Made by a program: the position numbers and the translations under genes. 64,000 nucleotides of DNA from NCBI GenBank assembly GCA_043228905.1, contig JBHGNT010000015.1:7254001-7318000 (forward strand). The letters run 5' to 3'. The notes beneath the pieces were generated by a model. That model did not search any database. It was given only the letters and a program-made list of their open reading frames with translations, and was not told where the DNA came from. This stretch comes from Azolla caroliniana (lineage: Eukaryota > Plantae > Polypodiophyta). Of the stretch, positions 21,810 through 35,518 are shown piece by piece; position 1 is the stretch's first letter, and each line of letters starts with the position of its first letter.

Positions 21810-24800
21810 AATGATGGTGCGATTCGTGATCGTGTCGACGTTGAGTTTCTTGGTGACCTCTTGTGCCTCGGGGTGTGGTAGGGCTTTTGCTACCCAGATG
21901 TAGCCTTCGAAGCCTTTCTCGATGAGCCATCTCCACAGAGCTGAGGAGATGAGGATCGACATGTTATCCTGGCAAGGTACGTGAGGAGAGTGACTAGGAG
22001 GTAAGGATCGTAGGCTGATGCAATCGTGGTGTCTCAGGTAAGGTCGGGAGCAAGGGGCATGAGGAGAGCGCGAAGAGCAAAAAGCTTGAGACGGTTTTCT
22101 GTGATGTGCCAAAAACCGTCAACTGTCTTCTTTTTGTGAGTTAGGGTTCCTGGGTCTGTGAATGATTGTGCCGACGCGTGTTCTCTTTTCGGAAAGTGTG
22201 CATGCATGAAGTCCATTTAATAGTCGTGACTGCCCTCTGTTTTTTTCATAATGGTATAGTACAACATTAATGTTACATATTTACCAATGGGTCCTGTTTA
22301 CTGGTCGTTGCATGAACAAACGACCGGATTATCTTTATCGGCGCAAAACCGATTGGCGGCGTGGGTTCCAAATATGGCTTTAGGCGAAACCCGTTGATCT
22401 TCTGATGCAAAACTTTGCTTGCGAGGGTGCCTACTTCGAATGTCCTGTTCTTAGCCCCTATTATCCAGTATGGCCCTGTCCATCGGAACCGTAGTTTCCT
22501 TGACATTTGTCCCATGCGTGTTTGGAACACTAAGACCGCTTTCCCAATTTTAAAGTGTTTCTCATTGGTGCCATGGTGTCGGCCCACGAAAGCCTTCTGT
22601 TGTCTCTTCTCGTGTTCGAGGATCGCCATGCTGTGGACCCTAGTTTCACCTAATTCGAGTAATTGTTGTAACCGGATTTGTTCGGACAGGCTCTCCGACA
22701 ACCTTTCGCAAACTTGTGTGCATAAGCTGGGTATATGAAACTGAATAGGCATTACGACTTCTAGCCTGAATACTAGTCGGAATGGTGATGATTGCATGCT
22801 GGTTTTGTAGCTTGTGCGGTAAGCCCATAAGGCGCTATGTAACTTCGTGAGCTGCATAAGTGCGTTGCCAATTGCGATGTCGGAGGCATCTACAAATACG
22901 TGGAATGGTTCTAACCAGTCTGAAGGATGTACCACGGGAGCTTGTGTCAGCATTACTTTTAGTGCTTCATATGCTTTATCCTCCGTTGCCGTCCATGTAT
23001 ACGGTATACGGTGCACCGTGGCATGTAAGGGAGTTGCAAAATCCACCAAATAGCGAAGCATACGACTGTGCTAGTGGATTTGCCCCAAGAAACGACTAAG
23101 GGCCTTTGCATTACTGGGCATTTTTGCTTCGATAATGTCTTTGATTTTGCTGGGATCCACTACGATACCATCCTTGCTCACTATCTACTCGAGAAGGGTT
23201 CCACTTGTGACCCCGAACGCGCACTTAGCTGGGTTAAGGCTGAGGCGCGAAGTACGACATCGTTCCAAACATAGTCTTAGATGACCCAAGTGATCCCCTC
23301 GCGTTCCATACACCGCAAAGTTGTTGAGAAAGACTTGCATGAACGCACGGATAAAGTCGCCAAAGATCTCCATAATGGTGCGTTGGAACGTAATAGGGGT
23401 TGTCTTTAGTCCGAACATCATGACCACAACTACAAAAACTCCCCATTCTATTACAAAAGCAGTCTTCTCCTGGTCCTTTGGGTGCATGCATATCTGGTTA
23501 TACCCTCTAAATCCATCCAAAAAACTATACATATCGTGGCCTGTAACTGCGTCTAGTACGCTATCCATAAACGGCAAGGGAAATGCGTCTGTGATGGTGA
23601 CTACGTTCAACTTACAATAATCGACGCATAAGCGTATTTTACCGTATTTCTTAGGTACAACCACAATTGGGCTAAGCCATGTTGTTTGTTTAACCAGCTG
23701 AATGAACCCAACTTTTAAGAGCTTGTTAATTTCCTCTTTTACACGTGCCGCGTAGTTTGGGTTCATGCGATAACATCTTTGTTGAATGGGTTTCATATCC
23801 GTGGCCAAGTTAATTTTGTGCTGATAGAATTTTGTGTCTAGCACTTTCATGTCTTCATGCAACCATGCGAAGACATCTTTAAATTCCCATAGCAGCTCGG
23901 TCATGGCCATTTTTTCACTTGGCATCAGGTCCTTTTCGATCGATAGTAGGCTCGGGGCTTCGGCGAACCCTACATTAATATCATCCAAAACCGACGCTGT
24001 GACCCTTAGCGAAATTTCCATCTCCCGCTCGAATGCCTCGTGTGCTCTGCTTAGCTCCACCATGGATTCAAGATCTGGTTCGTACTCGTCCTCTTTCAGC
24101 GCCCTCGTTGGGCCGTACTCACTAGCGGTCTCGAGAACGTCTATTTCGAACAACGGTATTATCCGCGGATTTTCGGCAAGGTACGCTTTGAGCTCCGTAT
24201 CCTCCAATCCTTCCAGCATGTTAATTTCTTCTGCATAGGTAAACAAACCTTGCGTAGGTACACGAACCTTGCTTCGCCCTCGTCGGAAACTGATGCAGTT
24301 GTGCTGCCAATTTTGATTGATATTAGCAGACCGTAGCCATGGTCTGCCTAACACAATCGGATATGCCCCTGGGGCATCCAAAGCCAACACTATTGCGCAA
24401 ATCTCAAAGCTATGCCCGCCAACTACAATCCCTAGTTTTCGAATCAACCCTAGTGGTCTGACGAAACGGGTGTCTGCCATTGGGAGCCAAAATGGGCATA
24501 CCTCCTAGTTGGTAATGCCGAGGCAGTTACATGTGGTTTTATTGATCACATTTACCCCGGATCCTCCGTCAACGATGCATCCCATGATTTCTTGCCCTTG
24601 CAGTACCACCTTGATGGCTAGGTTGTGGTGATCCAGCACTGCTGGGCCCGAGCTTGACTCAGTGTAATTAGCTGAAATCACCAGTCTAGTGGTGCCCCGT
24701 ATGTGATTTTCCATGGTCTATTGGAATTGCGTCACAAGTTGTAATAGCTTTTCCATGGTCAGTGTAATTTTGTAGTCTACCAGTGCTTGCCATATCGGAT

Positions 24801-26814
24801 TTGGTGTTAATGTCGTGCCTTCCATTCGCTCGGTGGTGGTTGCGAACTTTTGCCGCATTCGTTGTGCATTAGCTTCATTTGCTTTCTCCACCCAGGCCTG
24901 CGCCACTTTGCGTATGTCATCTTGTTTCGTCCACTCCATGTTTTTTGCCTGACTGCGGGTTGTGACCTGTTGGATGTTAGCCGTGATCATATTCACTGCT
25001 GGCCCTTTCCCATTATCTCGTTGTGGTCATTGCGTTGTGTAATGGCCTGGCTTTTGACACACAAAACAATGCACATTGGACTCTCCTTTGTCGAGGACTG
25101 GAGTAGTGGTCTCCACCGGTGTCATCTGTTCTTCCCAAGTTCGTTGAAATCGTTTGTTGTTGCGGGGCTTTTGGTGATACTCCCGACGATTCTTAGGCTT
25201 CTTTCATCCTTAGAGCTTTCCTCATTATGGCATTGGTTCCGTGATTGGTGAGTACCGCTGTACGCACGGGGCCCTGCCTGTCCGCCACAATTGTTGGTAG
25301 CGCGCCGATTATCATCGCGTCGCCCTCCCCGATTATAGCGGTCATTGCTCCGATCCTCCTCTTCTTCCTGCTCCTCTTCATCGGAATAAGGGTCGTTATT
25401 GCGACGATCATGGTACGACCTTTCTATATGCTGATTCCACTTCGTGTGCCGGTATCGCTCCTCCTATTGGCCTTGGTTGTTGTGGCGGGACTGCCTCTGC
25501 GGCTCCATATGGCGAACTGTCGGTGTGGGCCTATTCAACATGTTATATTCGGACCGGTTCACCGTATACGCTCGCAAATGACAGATGGGGCAGTGTATCC
25601 GCATATTACACTCTATCGCAGAGTGCCCTAAGTTCAAGAAAATCGAGCATTGAATGGCTTGCGGAAAACGATAGTCTTCTTCCCTGGGTAATGGGTGTCT
25701 TAGCGACGCCATAGACATTCCATCATCCTCCTCTTCTAGCTCAAGCTGTAACGCTTGTTCTATGTCTGTTCCCGCCATTTGGCTCGTGAGATTTTGCGTA
25801 TTTAACGTTGTTTAGAGGGGTCGACGCAATTCTGCCAAAAATGTTTCTTTGGCCTCATCCTTCGTCGGCATGCATGTTAGCTGTCGACATAAACTCTTGA
25901 ACTGCAAGCTGAAGTCAGCCACCGACTCTTGCGACATATGTTTGATTGTATAAAACTGACCAATGATCTCACGGTTGGGAATACTATGATGAAAGAATCA
26001 TATGAACGAGGATTGGAGTTGGTCGAAGGCTACGAACGCCGAGATGTCGAGCTGGGAATGCCAACGAGCAGCTTGCCCATCGAGGGTAAGCCCGAACTTG
26101 GCGATTATTGATGCATGGGCTTCCGTTTTTCAGAAGCTGCTCCGACATATGATTTGTGTTCCACATGTTGAGGAATGACAGAACATGTCCTTCGGCGTCA
26201 GTATCTCCGTTGGAACGAGGATATGAGAAAGCCATTCTTGTCGATAGACTAACGTTTGAGGCAGTACCACCGGCTCGATGTGGGGTTGTCTAGGAAGTGG
26301 TAGTTTCACTATATTGGTCTGATAGAGATGAACCCTCCTACCCAGTGATGCTATGTGCAATAAGCGTCGATTCGAGCATATACTCTGAGAGAGTGGGATC
26401 GCCGTCCTTGAGGCATGGTTTTTGGATAGCACGTTCTTCTGTCTTCCGGGTGAAGGACCTAGTTTGTGGTTGATCATGTCGAGTTGATTCTCGGCTGCGT
26501 CGGCGGCTAGACATCCATTCCCTGATACTTGGCTGTGAGAATTCATAGACCACTAGGCGTGCCAAAAGTGTTACCGGTTAGGAAGATGGCCTACCCTCAG
26601 TCCTTCTGGGTAGGTTCAAGGTGATTGTGGTACAAAGAATGGAACGCGCCACTAACCTTTAGACAATTACGCAATGTATCGAAACAGAGATAGAGATAAA
26701 AAAACACAGTAACTATATTAAAGAACGTACGCACAAAACTACCTAGCTTGTACAATGTTCCTATGCCTTTTATATACACAGGGCATACTCGGTTACGCTT
26801 CCTGCGTGATACGT
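21810..26814 (-). mobile_element. Element C: A-family Gypsy, decayed; ORF3 cut by A; 5' LTR cut by H
   Basis: LTR part at 26569-26814 ending GGTAACA, PBS, gag with CCHC knuckles, PR (IVDGGS), RT at 23185-24480, RH-IN deletion junction near 22850, and start of ORF3 at ~21810-21990. Confidence 0.88.
26549..26564 (-). promoter_or_regulatory. C PBS, tRNA-Arg type (TGGCACGCCTAGTGG)
   Basis: 4 nt from the LTR end. Resembles the TGGCACGCCC(A/G)GTGGGAC Arg-type PBS as recalled from Tat-group elements. Confidence 0.8.
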
Positions 26815-27415
26815 TGTCGTGAAGATTCCCGGCCTTAGCGAGAATACCGGGAATAATGGGAACATCGGCGGGGTGCGGCATGGGCACCCACCCTTGTGTA
26901 TACGTGCAAAATAATAGGGGTACCTTTCTAGCGCTAAACAGGAGTTAATTCGGAATAGAGGATCCCATGTAGAACGGAATTTATCCCACATTGTTAACCA
27001 TCCCTCTCCTTGTTCTATAAAAGGAAGGGAGCGTTGTCGAGGTATTCCTCGCGGATACGTGGAGTGAGGCGGGACCTCGGGGGTCCTGTACCGAAGAGTA
27101 AAAGAGAGAGACCCACTACGTGCGAGCGTAGAATCACAGGGACACGGCCCTTCGACGCAAAGACGTGAATGGGACAGCGACACAGAAAGACACGAAAGTA
27201 TGTATGTATTCACAAGACAAACGACAAAAACACGAAGACAACAAAGCACGAAGTCGGTTACAACCGAACAGGCCGGCGGACAGATGCCGATGCCTGTTCG
27301 TAAGCGCACAGAAAGACAGGAACAGGTTGGAGGTGCTGCCGGAAGCACTCGGGCTTTCCTCAGAGCAGCGCGAGCCTCCCGAAACCTGCACAGAAGGAAG
27401 CTATGGAGTCTGCGA

Positions 27416-27453
<38 letters not shown>

Positions 27454-27763
27454 CCTTCGCGCCCAATCCGTCAGCACTTCGTCCTCGACTCTCCGCGATC
27501 CTTTTACTCTCCTCGTCTCCCTCCTTTTATAGGCAAGGAAGGAGCCGTTTCCCCCCCTCCCCCCTTTACTCCCTACCTACCGAATCTACCTAGAATCTCC
27601 CGTGTACAACTTAAGGCGCATGTGCATGAAGAGTCGGTTTCTACGCTCCGGTACACCGATTGCTCTTGTGGACGGTTTTGTTCACGACATCCGCCCCCAC
27701 CTAACCGCGCATCCACCGGCATGCGCCAAATTGTGATGGGACGGAGGAAAACGGTCCAGCCTT

Positions 27764-30700
27764 TCATTCTTCGCCCGTCGGTTCTTCCTCGGTTTCGGAT
27801 CGCTCGTCGTCGTGGTCCAAGTCAACCTGATCCGGCTCGTCGTCGTGACGCTTCTTGAACGTCTTGATCCGCTTCCCAGCTGCCGGTATCGTCATTCTCG
27901 TACCGTCGAGTTCCGCTAGATGGTACGTCCCATTGTCGTTGGCGCTTTGTACCACGTAAGGCCCGAACCACCTTCTTGCGAACTTCCGCGTCGCTCGGTG
28001 CTGGTTGTCGAGGCTGCTGTCGTAGACTAGCACCCAGTCGCCTTCCTCGATCTTCTTCGGTCGGAGCCGGTGTGTTCGGTCGAACCTGGCTTTGTTCCTC
28101 ATCCTTGCTCCCCGAAGCTTTTCCGCAGCTTGCTCCACGTCCTTCGGTCTCCGCTCGAGCTGTCGTATGCGCGCTGTCAACAGTTCCTCCCGGCTCATCT
28201 CGTCTCTCCAGTCCACGGTTGCCCATGAGGAGACCTTACGTTCGATCGGCATGATCGGCTTCTGCCCAAACATGAGCTCTGCCGGCATGAATCCGGTTAC
28301 CGAACTGTGCGTAGTCCGGTCAGCCCACAACGCGTAAGGCAGTAGCCGCGGCCAGTTCCCGACTCGACCTCCGCATGCCCGAACTAACGCCTTGACGATC
28401 GGTCCGTGTCCGCGCTCCACCTTTCCATTCGCCTCTGGATTGTACGCAGTGGTAAGCGAGAGCTTGACTCCTAGCCGGTCGAACAGCTCCTCGGCCTCTC
28501 CGGCGTCCAACTCCCCGCGATCAGCCACGATCTTCCCGACGCACCCGTACCGGCATATTACGTCCTCGAGCAGGAACCGACATACGGCCACAGTCGTTTT
28601 GTTCTGAAGGGCCCGGCCTTCCACCTGGTTTGTTAGATCTTCCCGAGCCAGGACCAGATACCGCATCTGTCCTACTCCTATCGGCATCGTTACCAGGTCT
28701 ACCATCCATTTGAAGTGGATGGTCGGAGGGTACGTAGGGTGAAGTTCGTCCCGGTGTCGGATTATGGAGTGCATCTGACAGCTCTCGCAAGTTGTCACGA
28801 ATCGACGCACGTCCCGGTACAGTCCCGGCCACCAGTACTTCCCTTTTATCTTCTCGAACGTGGCCCAGGTTCCACGGTGTCCGGCCCAAGGGCTGTCGTG
28901 GTAGGCCATCAGCATCTCCTCCTGTTCTTCCTTCATCGCCACCACCCGGAGCGGAGCGCCGTCCCTCTTCTTCGGGTGCTTCCATAAGTATCCGTCCCAG
29001 AGAAAGAATCGGTAAGCTTTCTTCCGGATCCGGTTGGCCTCGTCCTTCGTCCATGATGCATCCGGCGTCATTGTCCTCAAGAATCCACCGATCTGGAGCC
29101 ACTCGCCGCCGTACTTGCTCTCGTCGAAGTCGTTAAGTGCCGGAGTGCTCGTCCCCTCGGTCGTCACGTACGCCGACTCGAAGAAGTCCACGCCGACTTC
29201 TTCGTCCTCCGAAACCATGCCGCCTTCGTCATCAAACCTCGCCCTCGAAAGCATGTCGGCCATGGCGTTGTCCTTTCCGGAAATGTGTCGTATCTCCGGG
29301 TCCAGGGACTTGATGTACGCTATCCACCTGAGCATTGCCAGGTCCGGTGTCGCGCATCCGGAAACCATGCCAAGAATTGGCAGGCAATCCATCTCGATAA
29401 TCACTTCTGCCCCGATCAGGTAGTCTTTGTCGGCCTTTACTACCGAAATGATACCCCAGAGTTCACGTTTAACCTGGGCGTACCCTCGCTGTCGCTCACT
29501 GAGGACCTTCGCGCCGAATCGGATCGGGAACCGAATGCCGTCCTCGTCTTCTTGGTTGACGACCCATCCGATCCCGGTCGGACTCGTATCCACCGTTATG
29601 TATACCGGGGTACCCTTCCCGTAAACAGCCTTCCGGAGCGCCGGTGCTGCCGCAAGAGCTTCCTTCAGCTTCCGGACCGACTCCGTATGCTCGTCTCGCC
29701 ATTCGAATTTTTGCCCTTTCTTCAGCAGCCCGTATAGCGGCTCCGCAACGTGGGCGTAATGCGGGATCCATATGTGGTAGAATGCGCATGCCCCCAGGAA
29801 CCTCCGAACTTCCGTAACCGAGCCACAGTCGGTCTTCATCACGGAGATGGCTTCTACCTTTACCGGAGACGGCTTCCGGCCATATGGCCCACATAGGTGT
29901 CCGACTACCAGGATTTCCGATTGCCCAAAGGCCGATTTCTCCCCTGAGAAGGTGAGCCTAGCATCCTCTAGCCTTTGTAGCACCTTCTCGCAGTCGTCGA
30001 TGTCTTTCTTCACGAATCGCCGGCATCCGTCCGGCCCGATTGTCTCGTCCTTCTCCTCCACCGGGCATCCCTTTATGGGGATGTCGTCAAGAAACGGCAT
30101 GGTGATGTCTGGTATGCAATCCCTCAGTACTTTGTTCATTGCATTCACCATGTGGGCCACCGAGTTGGTCCCTCCTTGTGGCAGGGTACACATTCGCACT
30201 AGACCGAGGGGAGTTCGCATTGTCGTAATGTCTCTGCTCTCCACAGCTAGCTGGAACTGGTCGTACCCCGAGTACAGATCACCGACCGAGTAAATCGACC
30301 TTCCGGCGAAGGCCTCCGCGAACTCGTCTATGGTCGGTCCGATTCCTGTGTTTCGAATGGTCACTCTGTTGACCGGCTGCAGGTCTTGAATGAAGCGCAA
30401 CGTTCCGTTTTTCTTCGGTACGGTGAACCATCGGTTCGAGTATGGGGCACTCGACGGTTCGAGAATGCCCATATCTACTTTCTGCCTCAATAGCTCCATC
30501 AACTTCGGGATGTGAGCTCTTGGTACCGGAATCGGCTTGAGATTCCACGGCACATGCGGTACCGTGAATATCCCCATCGGCTCCACGATCGTTGGGTCTA
30601 CGCACCCGATCTCTTTCGGTGAGAATGCGAAGGCTTTCCCGTGCCTTCCGAGCATCCTCCGAAATCAGTCTTCCTCCGCCGGCAGTAGGAACCCGCCCCC

Positions 30701-31237
30701 ACCGATTTTGAGCTCCCGGAGCGTCCCGTCGGTGAAGGTGTGTCCTATGCGGGCCGGATCTCGTAAACTGGGGTTCGACGCAACCCCTCTGATCCGGGAC
30801 TCGCTGTCCTCCGGTAAGGGTGCCGCGACTGGCCTTACCTTCCGGTCCACAGTCTTGTACTTTGTGCTAACTCGTGCCGTCCGATCCGACCCGAGGCCCC
30901 GACTGAAGTCCGCGATGACTTCGTATATCTCTTCGGAACATACCGGTATCGTCCGGTCTTCGTTGAGGTTTTCTCCGGCAACCTTCCTCAGCGTCCCTAA
31001 GGTGTCGTCGAAGGAGACCGCCTCCACGGCTCCGCTGATTTCCTCGTCCGAGCCGAGAACTCCGCATGCTCGAAGTCGCTCTTCCGCCCTTGTCTTTTCT
31101 CGGCCAACGATGCCGACCATCATACACCCTCCGTTGTCGGAGAAGCAAAATCCCCTACCTATCGTACAATCGTGGGGTCTTTCCCGAGTGTCCGGACTGT
31201 CTCGGCCCCACGCCTTGGCAGCCCTCTCTAAAAATCC
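27764..31237 (-). pseudogene. E ORF2: RT, RNase H and integrase (one in-frame TGA at 30665-30667)
   Basis: The 963-aa ORF and the upstream 152-aa ORF are in the same frame. Closely homologous to B ORF2. Confidence 0.92.
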
Positions 31238-33353
31238 TCCCGGTTCTCGCCACCGAGGGATTCGCGGTTTCTCTCGTGGTTCGGCCGCACCGTCAAAAAT
31301 TGCACCGAATGGCGCCCGTCCTGGCTTTTGACCCTAGCGTAAGCCGAACCGTTTTCCAGCACCTTGGTCTCCATTCTTGCCGCCGTGATGTATGGTTCCC
31401 CTAATATGACCGGATGCGAAGACGTCTCCTGTACGAAGAAGTGCTGGTCAACCTCGACGTCGCCGATCTTGACTCGCACGTTCGGGCAGGCCCCATGCAG
31501 TTCCTCGGTGGTGCGCGTCGCCGCCCGTATCTTCCACCCGTGCTTGGTGTTGATCGGCCACTTCCCCTTCTTATAGAAGTCCATGGACATTAGGTTTATT
31601 TCCGAACCGTGGTCCACCAACGCCACCACCGGTTCCCGAACATCTCCGATCTTTACCGGGGTCTCCGTGGTCGCTCGGGCCCAGTGTGGCCTCGAATAGT
31701 GGCTCTCCGCCCACTCATCTGCCAGCGCCGAGTCGTCGACGTGCGTCATCCGCACCTCTACCGGTCTTTCCGCATCCGTCTCCGTTGACAGCCTCTTCCG
31801 TTTCACCAGGTCCACAATGGAGTCGTGGAATTCCTTCTTGGCGATCCCTAGCACCTCTCGTAATGACAACTCCACTTTGCTGTCGAGGATCCGTTCCTCT
31901 AGGACCTTCCGTAGGTCCGTAGTCCTTTCTATTTCTGTCCCCAGTCGGTACCCGCCCTTCCTGGGGTTATCTTGCGGGCCGGGCCCACCGGCATCGTTCC
32001 GTTGTTGTCCGAATCGGGTCTCGTACCGTTGTGAGGGCCCGGTCGCTCCGGCTTTCCCCACTTGTTTCTCTTCTACCAGAGCCTCGTAGTTCCGACAAGC
32101 GGCTTCTACGAAGCCCGTCTTGTCCTCAACCGGATCGCTCCACCCGGTTATTTCCCGGACCCGTCTCTCAGCGTGGTCCGTTTCATCTTTCCTCAGTCGC
32201 GCGCCGGCGAGGCCTTCCAGCATCGCCGACCAGAATCCGTCTTTGCCCTCCTTTCGGGCCTCGCTGCCCCCGACCCAAATGCCGGCCGACGCCGAGTAGT
32301 GGATGGCCTCCACGTGTCGGGCCGCTGCCTCTTCCATCAGTCTCTTCAGACCTCCTCGCCCGTCGTTTCGACTCAGGGCCCTCCTAGTGTCGCCAGCGTG
32401 CACCCGGCCTTCCCACAGGTACACCACCCGGTTTCTCAGCGCCTCTACGAAGTCGCCGCAGTCCTTCCGAATGTGGCCGACCTCGTCGCACCACATGCAC
32501 CTGTTCCCCGCTGCCGGCCGTCGGTCACGAGCCGGATCGCCGCCTTCCCTTCGAGTCTGGGCGATCTGGAGATCCTTTATCGCCCGCGTCAACTCCTCTA
32601 TCGCTGCTCCTCCGGACGAGCCATTGACCATGCTGGTCGAAGCCGGACCGGTTTCAAGCCATTCCCGGGTTTCTTCCCTTCGCACTTGCGGCGCCGGTTC
32701 AAGCCTCCTTGCTGTAACAGAGCCCGCACCTGCCGCCCCGTTGTCAACCCATTCTCGCCGTTTGTCGAAACGGCCACAGACTCTCTTAACCGCAGCCCAG
32801 TCGGTCGTCAACCCGTCTTCAGTTTCCAGCAAGGAGCCGACTTGATCCCGGTCCCGCTCGTCCACCGACTTGACGAACAGTAGGACCCGGCTCATATCCA
32901 GGATAGTTCGGTCGAGCGCCGAAAGGCGCGCAAAGCGTTCTTCGAACTCCCGGAGGAGTGCCGACACGTTTCTTCCTTTGCCGGGGGACTCCACCCATTA
33001 CATGAAGTCCCGTTTCGAAAGCCGGAGCGCGTCGTCCAGCCCATATTTCTCTAGGAGTCGGCCTTCGAACTCCTCCCAGGTATGGCTCTCCGCCCGTACC
33101 TCGAGCCCCTCCGCATGGATGCTTGGCATCGCCACCCGAGGGAACCCGGCAAGACGCCTCTCTTTCGGAATGTCCCGCATCAGCATTTCCGCCCCGTAGG
33201 ACGCCAAATACCTCGTGGCATCCTTTCCGCTGAAACGGCCGATCGTACCGACGACCGCCTCAATGGCTCTGTCGAGGGCACCGGTGCCCTCGCGTGTGCT
33301 CAATATTTGATCCACGGCCGAAGCCATGGCCTCTGCAAGATCCGACCCCCTCA
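31228..33353 (-). pseudogene. E ORF1: Gag-protease (one in-frame TAA at 32998-33000)
   Basis: CMWCDEVGHIRKDC and ALVDHGSEINLM motifs. Ends REDF*, like B (SSDF*). Confidence 0.9.
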
Positions 33354-33376
33354 TCTTCTGCTCTTCTGCCGCCTCC

Positions 33377-33394
33377 TTCACGTCGGGTTCACCA
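33377..33394 (-). promoter_or_regulatory. E PBS complementary to tRNA-Trp (TGGTGAACCCGACGTGAA)
   Basis: 18 nt complementary to the plant tRNA-Trp 3' end ...TTCACGTCGGGTTCACCA (recalled sequence). 4 nt from the LTR. Confidence 0.88.
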
Positions 33395-33779
33395 AATATG
33401 TCGAGGTATTCCTCGCGGATACGTGGAGTGAGGCGGGACCTCGGGGGTCCTGTACCGAAGAGTAAAAGAGAGAGACCCACTACGTGCAAGCGTAGAATCA
33501 CAGGGACACGGCCCTTCGACGCAAAGACGTGAATGGGACAACGACACAGAAAGACACGAAAGTATGTATGTATTCACAAGACAAACGACAAAAACACGAA
33601 GACAACAAAGCACGAAGTCGGTTACAACCGAACAGGCCGGCGGACAGATGCCGATGCCTGTTTGTAAGCGCACAGAAAGACAGGAACAGGTTGGAGGTGC
33701 TGCCGGAAGCACTCGGGCTTTCCTCAGAGCAGCGCGAGCCTCCCGAAACCTGCACAGAAGGAAGCTATGGAGTCTGCGA

Positions 33780-33819
<40 letters not shown>

Positions 33820-34659
33820 CCTTCGCGCCCAATCCGTCAGCACTTCGTCCTCGACTCTCCGCGATCCTTTTACTCTCCTCGTCTCTCTCCTTTTATAGGC
33901 AAGGAAGGAGCCGTTTCCCCCCCCCCCCTTTACTCCCTACCTACCGAATCTACCTACGATCTCCCGTGTACAACTTAAGGCGCACGTGCATGAAGAGTCA
34001 GTTTCTACGCTCCGGTACACCGATTCCGCTTGTGGACGGTTTTCTTCACGACAGCGTCCCTTGTAAAAGGGTTGCCAATTTTGAGTTAGGAGGGTATACC
34101 ACTTAGATCTAGGGTTTGGAAGCCTTCTTCTTCTTACTTTCTTTTAGAGTTACTTTGAGGTCTTCTTCTTCGTGTCCATTTAGGATTTAGTCCGGTTTAG
34201 AGCTCATATGTCCTAGGGGGTTTTGCTTTCGCTCTCTCTCTTGTGCAAGACCCCGCTCGGGCGCGACTAGCCCGTGAGCTCCCCGATTGGCGGCTTGGTA
34301 GTAGAAAGTTGTTGTAACCTAATCTACCTTGGTCCTGCTCAAGGCCAGAGTTGTATCTTGCTCTTGTATATATATATAATGAAGTTCTATGCATCCGTGT
34401 CTATGTCGGTGTCATTGGAGTTCCTTCTTTCTGGTTTCTATACATAGGATGTGTGTGTCTAGTCAGTGTTGCGTACGCGTCCTTTCCCCTCTCTCATTCG
34501 GTAGTTCCCGGTACGTATCCGGAAATGCTCTGGTTGGTGTCCTGGCCGATCACCGGGAACGGTGAAGCTCGACCTTCCATGCTCCGTCTTTGTCAGGTCC
34601 AAGACCCCTGTGGTCCCACCCCGGATCTAGCACGCACGCGCGGATTACCGCGACATCAT

Positions 34660-34677
34660 TGGTGAACCCAACGTGAA
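34660..34677 (+). promoter_or_regulatory. H PBS, tRNA-Trp type (second copy at 44812-44829)
   Basis: tggtgaacccaacgtgaa, one mismatch to E's PBS. Confidence 0.85.
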
Positions 34678-34692
34678 ACGGCGGCAAGGGAG

Positions 34693-35518
34693 GATGGAGT
34701 TGGAAGACGAAGACTTCGCGGAGATGGTGACCGAAGTGGTGATGGAGATCGGATGAGTGACGATGAGACAAGAAGCGGCGCATCAAGCTATTGAGCGAGT
34801 GGTCGAAAGAGTCGGACGTTTCAATGGGGACAAAGCCCCATTCTACATGGAAGCCTACAATGCAGAAATGGAGGTGCGAGGCAAAGACGAGGCATTGAGG
34901 CTGAAGTTTTTTTGTCGGGTCGTCGCTGTTCGTATGCACGCGGAAGTGAAGAAGCTCTCAGAAGCTCATAGTTCATGGGAGGCCTTCGAAGAGGCGCTCC
35001 TGCAGGCATACAGAGGACGACCGAAGGGTCGGGGACGGCACGACTTTGACCAGTGGATTGCATCGGCGAAGATCCATGGGGGCGCAACGAAGGAGTTCCG
35101 ATAATTCAAGCGGTGTCTTGCTCGGCTCTCGGAGCGGGAACAAAGTCTGGTGGGGGTGGACAAAGTCCTATCGTTCGATAGGTCAATTGATAGAGCGGAA
35201 CGGGAGGCCATCAGAATTGAGCTTGAAGACAATGGCGGAGCGAATGGCCTTACTGAGGAATCGTCGGAAGTCAAACGAGTATGCCGACGGTTGGATGAGG
35301 AGCGGTCTGCGAAAGGTAAAGGGAAGTTAATGTGTGATGGCACACAGGAGGTGGGCATGCAACAAGAAGGATCGGCGAAGCTCCATGTCAAAGGCTTGGT
35401 CCGGGAAGCATATGAGGCTCTAAAGGGAATGGTTGACAAAGAAGATAGATCCGGGACGCGTATGGATTCCGAAGACTCAGAGCTAGTTGGCCTTGGGAAC
35501 AAGGAGGACATGGCCTAG
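34693..35518 (+). pseudogene. H gag N-terminal part, copy 1 (copy 2 at ~44846-45670)
   Basis: AIERVVERVGRFNGDKAPFYMEAYNAEM aligns with E gag AIEAVVGTIGRFSGKDATRYLASYGAEM. Confidence 0.82.

Larger units (their letters stand above)
27035..34053 (-). mobile_element. Element E: full-length TGTCG-lineage Ty3/gypsy inserted in H LTR1
   Basis: 655-bp LTRs at 27035-27689 and 33399-34053. 4-bp TSD GCGT, with the empty site ggagcgtccc visible in H LTR2 near 44151. PBS and PPT present. Confidence 0.96.

Noticed and set aside
26770-27593. Host genes from short ORFs in LTRs, antisense to pol, and the Leu-rich ORF at 18580-18975
   Set aside because: These are chance ORFs arising from GC-rich or microsatellite sequence, with no recognisable domains.
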